Made by a program: the position numbers and the translations under genes. The notes below the pieces were generated by a model that saw only the letters and a list, made by a program, of their open reading frames with translations, was not told where the DNA came from and made no database searches. From contig JAQUPE010000004.1 in the NCBI GenBank assembly GCA_028716745.1, positions 1 to 56,848 on the forward strand: a DNA stretch of 56,848 bases, in the 5' to 3' direction. Within the stretch, counting starts at the first letter, position 1; every line of letters starts with the position of its first letter. This document shows, one piece after another, positions 34,476 through 42,409 of the stretch. The DNA is from Minisyncoccota bacterium (GTDB lineage: Bacteria > Patescibacteriota > Minisyncoccia > UBA6257 > 02-FULL-45-10c).

Positions 34476-35048
34476 TTATATATTGAAGAATTTTCTAGCT
34501 TCTTTTTCGCGGGGAATGTCGCTTGCCTTGAAATAACAAATATTGTCGTCAATATCGATATTAAAAATCGCGCATAAAAATTCTATTTCTGGAATTATAT
34601 CGTAAGGATATACCCAAACGCTTTTTTGTAATTGATAAAGTCCGAGAGATCTTATTTTTCGGCTTAACGCCATGGATGCTTGCCGTTGCGATCCCGGTAT
34701 ATCATAAGTCATTATTCTCCAAAGTCCGTCCCAGTGTTTAGGCTTTTTAAGCATCATGTCTTGCAGATTATATTGTCTAACTAAATCTTTTCCATTTTGG
34801 GAAAGCGTCACGCGCACAGAACCGTTGTCCATTTCTTTTATCTCAATCAGCTTTCTTCTTTGCAGCTCCCTCAATTTTCTTGCTCTTTTGGCGGCCAATT
34901 TTCCATTTGGGTCTTTAAAATAAGTTTTTATTAAATTACTCAAGAAAAATGGGGAAGTTGAAGCAGCTAAAGTCATTAGCCCGTAAGAAGCGATTTTCAA
35001 AAGTGTGTCTTTTGTTAAATTATCTTTTAAAATAAATCCTTTAGCCAT
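34476..35048 (-). CDS. PaaX-like protein (winged helix + Cas2-like central domain)
   Basis: LRELQRRKLIEI...VTLSQNGK wHTH pattern; WDGLWRIMTYDIP and LGLYQLQKSVW PaaX/Cas2-like motifs. Confidence 0.8.
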   Translation of the reverse strand: MAKGFILKDNLTKDTLLKIASYGLMTLAASTSPFFLSNLIKTYFKDPNGKLAAKRARKLRELQRRKLIEIKEMDNGSVRVTLSQNGKDLVRQYNLQDMMLKKPKHWDGLWRIMTYDIPGSQRQASMALSRKIRSLGLYQLQKSVWVYPYDIIPEIEFLCAIFNIDIDDNICYFKASDIPREKEARKFFNI

Positions 35049-35056
35049 AAATTACT

Positions 35057-35092
35057 TGTATATTATATGATAATTGTATCATATAGTATACA
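35057..35092 (+). repeat. 36-bp palindromic site B
   Basis: TGTATATTATATG-ATAATTGTAT-CATATAGTATACA, 8 nt upstream of the PaaX-like start. Confidence 0.9.
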
Positions 35093-35206
35093 ACTCTAAG
35101 TTATGCACATACGGTCGTAATTGAGGTTGTTGTATAATATTTGTAAGCCTTGTGAGGGGGTGGCGCGAGCCATCTTTTTTATTTTTATAAATTAACAATT
35201 AAATAT

Positions 35207-35749
35207 ATGGATAATCAAAATAATATGAATCAGACAAATGAGGCCGGCGCGATGAGAAAAAGTTACTTGAAGCACGTCATTATCTTTTTGGCGATTGTTT
35301 TGGTCGCGGGGGGATTATATTGGGCGTGGAAGAATTATTGGAGTCCGGATGCGAAGTTGCAGAAAAATGTTGAGTTATATCAAAATGCTGTAAACACATA
35401 TGAAGAAGCCATGCGTAATGATACTTATGGAGGAAAAACTCCACAGGAAACTTTGGATATGTTTATTGAGGCTCTAAAGAAGGGAGATGTTGATTTGGCG
35501 AGTAAATATTTTGTGTTGGAAAGCACTGGAAGTCCGGATCCGCAATGGCTTATCGGTCTTCAGGAGACAGAAAAAGCAGGAAAATTGAATGACGTGGTAG
35601 GGCTTTTGCAGGGAGCAACACCAGACCTAGAAGGACGTACATCGGCCGATGATTTTAAGTTCAGAACTTATGAAAATGGCCAACTAAAAGCTTATATTAA
35701 TATGCAATTAAATGATGTGTCTAATATATGGAAGATAGAAAGTTTGTAA
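35207..35749 (+). CDS. Hypothetical membrane-anchored protein
   Basis: Single TM; DTYGGKTPQETLDMFIEALKKGDVDLASKYF motif. Confidence 0.75.
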   Translation: MDNQNNMNQTNEAGAMRKSYLKHVIIFLAIVLVAGGLYWAWKNYWSPDAKLQKNVELYQNAVNTYEEAMRNDTYGGKTPQETLDMFIEALKKGDVDLASKYFVLESTGSPDPQWLIGLQETEKAGKLNDVVGLLQGATPDLEGRTSADDFKFRTYENGQLKAYINMQLNDVSNIWKIESL

Positions 35750-38700
35750 AATTATTATTGATAATTTTGGTATTTGGAATTTTTGGTAGCAATGATGTTT
35801 TTGCCTATGGAGTTAAGACTCATGCTTTTTTAACGAACGAAATTTTTAATTTATATAATAAAAATTTTTCGAATAATCAATTGGTAAAAGATTATAAAAA
35901 TTTTCTTATAGATGGATCCATGAATGAAGATAGTGGAATTGTTCGTTCTTCAAATCATTTTTATGACCCCGTTTATGATCGTGGCTTATCTTACGACCCA
36001 GTTATTGACCCAATCAATTATGGAAATTGGCAAGAGTCTAAAAATTGGGCACAAGACGACAATAATCAAAATAAAATTCTTTACAAGGTACCAGGAACAA
36101 TAGCATCAATTTTAACGGCCATTCAACAAAGAAAAATATCAGTTATTTCTACAGAAACAAGTTTTGTTTGGCAAAAGGCCATAAGATATTGGATTGATGG
36201 AGACAAAGAAAAATCTATGTATGTATTGGGACACATTTTGCATTTAATAGAAGATGCGGCCGTACCAGATCATACGAGAAATGATGCGCATTTAACGGGT
36301 AGTATTTATGAAAAATACACTGAAAAATATACCGATTCTAATCCAGATAAAGAATTGAGTACAAAAATAATAAGTTTAAAGCCAATTATTTTATCAGACT
36401 TAGATATTTATTTTAATGATTTATCAAAATATTCTAATAATAATTTTTATAGTGAAGATACAATAGGAGTACAAAGTGGTTATAATTTTCCAGAACCAAT
36501 AAATTATGAAAATATTAATGATTTACGATATGGTTTAAATAAAGATAGTGAGGGATCATTTAAAATATCTTCACAACCAGTTATTTCTAGTATTTTAATA
36601 AGTGCTAAGGGGAATATAACTACTGATAACCCAAAGGTGCTTGATGATTATTGGTCCAGACTTTCTGTAAAGGCCGTCCAATATAGCGCCGGAGTTATAG
36701 ATTTATTCTTTAAAGAAGTTGAAAAAGCGAAAAATGATCCGAATTTTTTGAAAGATGAACAAAAGAGTTTTGTAGCGCAGGCAGTAGAAACAGTGGGAAA
36801 TTTTGTTTCGGGGGCGGTTGATAAAACAGCAGAGTTTTTCGGGCTAAATAAGGAAAATGGCTTTCAGCAAGTTACGGAGGTTGATTTAAATAATCAAGAA
36901 CAAAAACAAACTAAAAACAAGTTGGTAGAACCGGAAACAATATCCAAGGATATTCAGGAAAAGAGTAGCGAACAAGGTAGTGCCGAGGAGATTGAAAAAG
37001 AGCAGAATAAATCAATTGTTGATGAACAAGATGAAGATGCAATTGAGGCCGCAAAGCTAAAAGCTAAGTCGTTTGTGGCAACGAGCACTCCTACACCCAT
37101 TAAGCCAATAGAAACAGCAACGAATGTTAACTCTTCAATATCACTTCAAATACCGCAGATCTGTACTTTTAACACATCAAAGAGCCCCACTCATCAAGGC
37201 CTTTTAATTAATGAGGTTGCGTGGATGGGCGGGCCGGTAAGCGCTAATGATGAATGGTTTGAATTAAAAAATATTTCCGGCAAGGAATTGGATCTTTCTG
37301 ACTGGCAGATTTTAGACAAAGATGAAAATATAAAAATTACTTTTTCTAAAAACACAAAAATAAAAAAAGAAGGATTTTTAATTTTAGAGAGAACCGACGA
37401 CGAATCAGTTCCAGGAACTAAGGCAGATTTTATTTATTCCGGTGCTTTGTCTAATTCAGATGAAGGATTGAGATTATTTGATAAAAATTGTGATTTAATC
37501 GATGAGGTTTTGGCAGCGCCCGAATGGCCAGCCGGCAACTCAGAGGAGAGAAGAACAATGGAAAGAGATAATGATTTAAGTTGGCATAATTATAGCGCTG
37601 GCGGAGAAGTTATTTCTAATATTGTAATAAAAGGAACTCCGCGCCAAGAAAATAGCCCGAAAGTTTCTGCTTTTTTAGGAACAGGTGGTTCTGCTACGGT
37701 AGCCGTGCAGCAATCAGAGCAAGTTTCCCAGGCACAACAAACACAAGCCAATATTTCTATTACAGAAATAATGTATGATCTAGAAGGATCAGATGACGGA
37801 AGAGAATGGATAGAAATATTTAATGGAGGAAATGAGGCAGTTGACTTAACGAGTTGGAAATTTTTTGAAAATAATACAAATCATAATTTGTCCGTTTCAC
37901 AAGGTTCGGCAAATATTGTTGCGGGTGGTTATGCAATTATAGCGGACGACCCCGTTAAGTTTTTAGCAGACAACCCCTCTTTTATTGGAACAATATTAAA
38001 AAGCTCTTTTTCTCTAAGTAATACAGGAGAATTAATTGCAATTAAAAATGGAGATACTATTGTTGATGAAGTTACTTATTCATCCAGCATGGGCACAACT
38101 GGTGATGGAAAGTCATTACAAAAAATAAGCGATCAATGGCAAGCCGCTAATCCTACTCCAGGCGCTGAAAATAAAATTGTAGCCCAATCAAATCAAGCGC
38201 CAAACGCTTTTTTTGATTATGCAACGACGAGCTTATTTATCAATCAAGAAATTATTTTTAATGCAGCTTCATCAACTGATCCGGATGGACAAATAGCTCT
38301 ATATAATTGGGATTTTGGTGATAATGCAACAACCTCTAGTGCTTTTGCGACAACGACTCATATATTTAATGCTGCGGGAAATTATTCGGTGCAATTATCT
38401 GTAGTTGATAATATGGGTGATTCGGCAACTACCAGCTCTATAGTTGTTATTACCGAGGCAGTTTCCTCAACGCCCGCTGTAATTTTTGAAGAAATTAGCC
38501 ATGACGAAAGATTGGCAGTTCAATATGGCAATTATCGTACAGATCCAGCGAATGATTTACTTATGGGTCAAGGATCTTATACCCAAAAAATAACATCTCC
38601 AACAAATAATTTCGTTCATTCAATTGATGCAATGTTTGTTTATCCTTATGGGGAATATGTTGGTTCTTATATTAGTAGATTGACTATTAAAAATGATAAT

Positions 38701-39744
38701 AATGGACAGCCAGGAGAAGTTATTTCTTATGCGGAAATATCAACATATATTAATAGTGGCTGTTCAGCCAAGTTTTATACTTTTGTTTTTTCAGATAACC
38801 CATATCTCAAAGAAGGATCATCTTATTGGTTAGAACTTCAACGCATGGGGGACAGTCCTAACATTTTGATAACGGGAAATGAAGATGGTCTTTATACGAG
38901 CATCATAGGTTTTAGAGGAGATTTACAAATTATTGCACCAGAACAAGATAATGTTTTTTCTTCAAATTTTGTATTGAATGGAGGAGCGAAATCAACCACA
39001 GAATCTTTATTAGAAATAACTTATGGTCCTAGTCGTGCTAGAAGCGGAGAAAATATTATAACAACAATATCTTTAGCATCGGCAGAAAACTATCAGGACT
39101 GGAGCTGGGATACAAATATACAACCTGGTTCATGGGTTGTGTGCGCGCGTTTAAAAAATAGCAACGAAACATTGTTGGAAGAGGATTTTCTTTATGTAGG
39201 AGTAAATAGTTCTTCGGGGACAGAGCAGCCAACAAATTTTTCTGGAGAAAAAATTGTTTTAATTTCACAAAATGATGAATCGATAACGTCTTGTAGTGGT
39301 AATGCCGATTTATGCGGACAGCAAATCTTTTCTTTGCAGAGCGGATTTTTAGAAAGTATTAAATTAAAAATTAATTATCCTTTTGGTCAGTATGAGGCGG
39401 GAGATTTTATAAGTCGTCTTATTCTAAAAGGAGATAATAATGGCCAGCCAGGGGAAGAAATTAAAACATCAGAAAATTTTAGTATTTATTTAAACCCCTC
39501 TTCTTTGCCTGGAACATTCGAGGCAAATTATATTTTTTCTACATCAACGCCGGTATTTTTAGAAAGCCAAAAATTCTACTGGCTTTTCTTTGAAGATCTT
39601 AACGATATTAATGGAATAACTATAGTCGGAAGCAGCTTAGATGAAAGCATTACGGGCAATCTTTGGAATAACGGCATCGTTCACGAAAAAGGAGATTGGT
39701 ATATGGAAATCTCGGGGGACAAGGGAACAACTCCTCTGCAATAA
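35728..39744 (+). CDS. Large exported protein: Zn-dependent phospholipase C/P1-like domain, two lamin-tail domains, PKD domain, C-terminal repeats
   Basis: Signal peptide; YGVKTH, NHFYDP, LGHILHLIEDAAVPDH, YEKY; LINEVAW..DEWFELKN and ITEIMYD..EWIEIFN; DPDGQIALYNWDFGD; two DNNGQPGE repeats. Confidence 0.8.
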   Translation: MEDRKFVKLLLIILVFGIFGSNDVFAYGVKTHAFLTNEIFNLYNKNFSNNQLVKDYKNFLIDGSMNEDSGIVRSSNHFYDPVYDRGLSYDPVIDPINYGNWQESKNWAQDDNNQNKILYKVPGTIASILTAIQQRKISVISTETSFVWQKAIRYWIDGDKEKSMYVLGHILHLIEDAAVPDHTRNDAHLTGSIYEKYTEKYTDSNPDKELSTKIISLKPIILSDLDIYFNDLSKYSNNNFYSEDTIGVQSGYNFPEPINYENINDLRYGLNKDSEGSFKISSQPVISSILISAKGNITTDNPKVLDDYWSRLSVKAVQYSAGVIDLFFKEVEKAKNDPNFLKDEQKSFVAQAVETVGNFVSGAVDKTAEFFGLNKENGFQQVTEVDLNNQEQKQTKNKLVEPETISKDIQEKSSEQGSAEEIEKEQNKSIVDEQDEDAIEAAKLKAKSFVATSTPTPIKPIETATNVNSSISLQIPQICTFNTSKSPTHQGLLINEVAWMGGPVSANDEWFELKNISGKELDLSDWQILDKDENIKITFSKNTKIKKEGFLILERTDDESVPGTKADFIYSGALSNSDEGLRLFDKNCDLIDEVLAAPEWPAGNSEERRTMERDNDLSWHNYSAGGEVISNIVIKGTPRQENSPKVSAFLGTGGSATVAVQQSEQVSQAQQTQANISITEIMYDLEGSDDGREWIEIFNGGNEAVDLTSWKFFENNTNHNLSVSQGSANIVAGGYAIIADDPVKFLADNPSFIGTILKSSFSLSNTGELIAIKNGDTIVDEVTYSSSMGTTGDGKSLQKISDQWQAANPTPGAENKIVAQSNQAPNAFFDYATTSLFINQEIIFNAASSTDPDGQIALYNWDFGDNATTSSAFATTTHIFNAAGNYSVQLSVVDNMGDSATTSSIVVITEAVSSTPAVIFEEISHDERLAVQYGNYRTDPANDLLMGQGSYTQKITSPTNNFVHSIDAMFVYPYGEYVGSYISRLTIKNDNNGQPGEVISYAEISTYINSGCSAKFYTFVFSDNPYLKEGSSYWLELQRMGDSPNILITGNEDGLYTSIIGFRGDLQIIAPEQDNVFSSNFVLNGGAKSTTESLLEITYGPSRARSGENIITTISLASAENYQDWSWDTNIQPGSWVVCARLKNSNETLLEEDFLYVGVNSSSGTEQPTNFSGEKIVLISQNDESITSCSGNADLCGQQIFSLQSGFLESIKLKINYPFGQYEAGDFISRLILKGDNNGQPGEEIKTSENFSIYLNPSSLPGTFEANYIFSTSTPVFLESQKFYWLFFEDLNDINGITIVGSSLDESITGNLWNNGIVHEKGDWYMEISGDKGTTPLQ

Positions 39745-39766
39745 TTAAAATCAGCTAATTTCAAGT

Positions 39767-39802
39767 TGTATATTATATGATAATTGTAACATATAGTATA
39801 CA
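39767..39802 (+). repeat. 36-bp palindromic site C
   Basis: TGTATATTATATG-ATAATTGTAA-CATATAGTATACA, between convergent genes. Confidence 0.9.
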
Positions 39803-39863
39803 GGTTTTAGATATAAAAAAACCGTCACCTTGCGAGCGACGGTACATCCAGAGAATAACTGTG

Positions 39864-40085
39864 TTAAGGAGATGATGTTTTCTCCTTTTCTCTTTTCTTC
39901 TTGAGGGCTTCCTGGTATTCCTGGTAATTAAGTTGCTGAACAGTGATGACTGTGACGGCGCCGACTTCGAATGTCATTATCTCGTCGCATTTCCTGCAGC
40001 CGTGCCATATCTTGTCATCGTTTGGCGGACTGTCCAGGCTATCCAGAAGCTCCAGCTCTCCTCCGCAGGCGTAGCAATGAAACAT
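39864..40085 (-). CDS. Small CxxC...CxxC zinc-ribbon protein
   Basis: CYAC and CRKC; SD-like GGGGGTG; GC-richer. Confidence 0.6.
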   Translation of the reverse strand: MFHCYACGGELELLDSLDSPPNDDKIWHGCRKCDEIMTFEVGAVTVITVQQLNYQEYQEALKKKREKEKTSSP

Positions 40086-40089
40086 GCTC

Positions 40090-40563
40090 TCACCCCCCTT
40101 CTTCGATCTTTTCGGCGATGTCCCAGCTGTCCACGATTTCGAAATCCAGCCGGCTCCATTTCTTTTTGCCGAACATAATGGATTTCTTTTTCAGTCCTTC
40201 AATCGTGCGGTCTGGGGCGCGCAGGGCGACTACAAAATAATCGCCAACCGGACACATCGCGTCTAGGATGGATTGGTAGGCTTTCGCGTCGATTATTTCT
40301 TCAATCGCCGCGACCCTTCCATATCCCGCTTGCATGCCTTCATTAAAGCTTTTTCTTTCTACGGCTTTGATGATATGGATAGCGCAGAGCGCCCCGACAA
40401 TAATTAATATCAATCCCATAAAAAATCCTTTGAGATTGATATTCGTCGTGTCGAAAGCGTAACGAAACATCGAGACACTGCTTGCGAGCAGGAGAGTTCC
40501 CATGCCCGGAAGAATAATCCCAATGCTGAAAATAAAAGCATTTAGCATTCCCAGATTTTCCAT
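40090..40563 (-). CDS. Hypothetical two-TM membrane protein
   Basis: SD AAGGAG; two hydrophobic segments. Confidence 0.65.
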   Translation of the reverse strand: MENLGMLNAFIFSIGIILPGMGTLLLASSVSMFRYAFDTTNINLKGFFMGLILIIVGALCAIHIIKAVERKSFNEGMQAGYGRVAAIEEIIDAKAYQSILDAMCPVGDYFVVALRAPDRTIEGLKKKSIMFGKKKWSRLDFEIVDSWDIAEKIEEGG

Positions 40564-40576
40564 TCCTTTTTCTCCT

Positions 40577-40975
40577 TTATCCGCTGGTATGCGGTTTTTT
40601 GTGGTGCAGCGTCTTTTCGTAAATCTGCACGGCGAGATCGGTAGAATTTTCCACCTTGAGAAAATCTATCTGCACCGTTTCCTTGTCGGGAACATGGGCC
40701 AAGAATTCATAAAGAAACTTGTCCATTATTTCCTTGTCGAACCTGTCGTTGTAGACAGACCCCCGGTCCAGTAGGATTCGTTCTTTCCTGCCCGGATCGA
40801 GATGTGCTATCAGGGAATATCCCGAACTGGAGAGACTGCGAGACTTTACAATAAATAGTCTCACAATCTTGTGCTTCTTGAGAATGGGAATGACTCCGTG
40901 ATCCATGTCCTGTAAAAGGAAAAGGACCTTTGCTTCTTCGAGCGTGCTCTTGCCGGCTAAAATCTTTTTCAGCAT
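40577..40975 (-). CDS. Hypothetical protein
   Basis: Start reset to ATG 40975 after SD GAGAGGG; TTGACA at 41052-41047 upstream. Confidence 0.6.
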   Translation of the reverse strand: MLKKILAGKSTLEEAKVLFLLQDMDHGVIPILKKHKIVRLFIVKSRSLSSSGYSLIAHLDPGRKERILLDRGSVYNDRFDKEIMDKFLYEFLAHVPDKETVQIDFLKVENSTDLAVQIYEKTLHHKKPHTSG

Positions 40976-41083
40976 TTTATCTACCCTCTCTTTTTTTGAA
41001 GATGTGTAAAAATAACTGGTTATATTTAAGCAATTTTTAGGTAATTTGTCAAGAAAATTTACTAAATCTCGCAAATTAAAACC

Positions 41084-41119
41084 TGTATAGTATATGATAA
41101 TTGTATCTTATAATATACA
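41084..41119 (+). repeat. 36-bp palindromic site D
   Basis: TGTATAGTATATG-ATAATTGTAT-CTTATAATATACA, 6 nt beyond the pilin-LamG stop. Confidence 0.88.
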
Positions 41120-41125
41120 AGTTTT

Positions 41126-42409
41126 TTATTTGGTGGCGTTATAGATTGCCATAACTTCCGAAACGGTGAGGGCGCGATTATAAATGCGAACATCATCCAT
41201 GTAGCCTTTCATAAATCCGGAGAACCAGCCGTTGCCGGATGCGTGGCCGATTTCAAACTTAACGCTTGTGTTCACAACTGTTTTGAGCGGATAAGTGAGC
41301 GCACTGCTGGCATACAAAACTCCATTTTTATAAAAATAAATATTTGCATCTGTAATTACCCAAGTTACAAAGGCCCATTCATTAAAAGAAGTCCAAGCTG
41401 CTCCAGATAAATCCCAATGCCAGACAGGGGCTCCTTGGGGAGCAGCAAAAAACATATTGCTTCCTTCGGCAGAGCTTCTAAGAAAATCGTAATAGCCTGT
41501 GCTGTTATCGCTTAAGCAAATAAATCCTCTGTGTGTATTATTGTCTACAATATAAACCCAGGCGCTGGTTGTAAAATTTGTTGTTAAGTTTAGGGGAGCG
41601 GCATAATTTACTCTTACTTCGTCGTCCGTTCCATTATATTGTCCCGCATAAGAACCAACTTTGCCCGCGACGTAGTGAGTGCCTGTGCCTGCCCATGTTC
41701 CGGAATAATTGCTTCCCGATGTGTCATATACTGTCGCTCCGGCGCCTTCTTCAAAATCCCACTGGCCTATCATTCCTAAATCCCTTAGCGAAGGAGTTAA
41801 ATCCAAATGAGTTCCTACTTGATAAACTCCCGGGAACATTCCTCCGTCGTTTATGGCGACATCATGCTTGTCTTCAGATTCCAATTTAGCGGTAAGTTCC
41901 CAAGAACCGCCTGTTACATATGTATAGTAAAGTCCGTTGGTCGCCGTGTTTGTCGGATCTACCGGTAATGAGGCGATTTTGGCGCCGTAAGTAGAAGCTG
42001 TAGTGAAATCTACCGGCACCCAGCCTGTGCCGTCTACTCTTCTATAATTAACGGCCGTTTTGCATGAATAGGTCCAGCCCGCCGGAAGCGTTGGCAGGGA
42101 ATAGCCGGCGCAAGTTGCGGAGTTGTCAGGCAGGGAAGTATAAACAATATTTGCGGTGCCGAGCGAAGCGCTTCCGAAAGATTGGGTTAAGGAAACTAAT
42201 TGATTAACAGTTTGCATATCCGATAAGCGTTGGCTGTCTCGTGATTGTTTGAATAATTGATCGGGTCTTAAAACAATAACTGCAACAGTTGTCAGTATTG
42301 CCAAAATTCCTAAGACAACAACAAGTTCCACTAAAGTGAAACTTGCCCGCCCGCCGGCATGGGATGCCCGCGGGTCGTTAATAAAATTTATTTTTTTATT
42401 TTGTTGCAT
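41126..42409 (-). CDS. Type IV prepilin N-terminus fused to LamG domain (paralog 1)
   Basis: S/FTLVELVVVLGILAIL, RDSQRLSD, LPVDP; LamG GQWDFEE...GYMDDVRIYNRAL. Confidence 0.88.
   Translation of the reverse strand: MQQNKKINFINDPRASHAGGRASFTLVELVVVLGILAILTTVAVIVLRPDQLFKQSRDSQRLSDMQTVNQLVSLTQSFGSASLGTANIVYTSLPDNSATCAGYSLPTLPAGWTYSCKTAVNYRRVDGTGWVPVDFTTASTYGAKIASLPVDPTNTATNGLYYTYVTGGSWELTAKLESEDKHDVAINDGGMFPGVYQVGTHLDLTPSLRDLGMIGQWDFEEGAGATVYDTSGSNYSGTWAGTGTHYVAGKVGSYAGQYNGTDDEVRVNYAAPLNLTTNFTTSAWVYIVDNNTHRGFICLSDNSTGYYDFLRSSAEGSNMFFAAPQGAPVWHWDLSGAAWTSFNEWAFVTWVITDANIYFYKNGVLYASSALTYPLKTVVNTSVKFEIGHASGNGWFSGFMKGYMDDVRIYNRALTVSEVMAIYNATK

Noticed and set aside
35134-35175. Small RNA between TATAAT and a GGTGGC/GCCATC hairpin with T run
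   Set aside because: There is no convincing -35 or conserved structure; it cannot be supported beyond an orphan terminator-like hairpin.
34438-41119. CRISPR array with cas2 and cas4
   Set aside because: The 36-bp repeats are 0.6-4.7 kb apart, separated by genes and in mixed orientation. The Cas2-like domain is part of a PaaX-type protein. The PD-(D/E)XK gene has CxxC pairs at both ends rather than the Cas4 1+3 Cys pattern. No cas1 is present.
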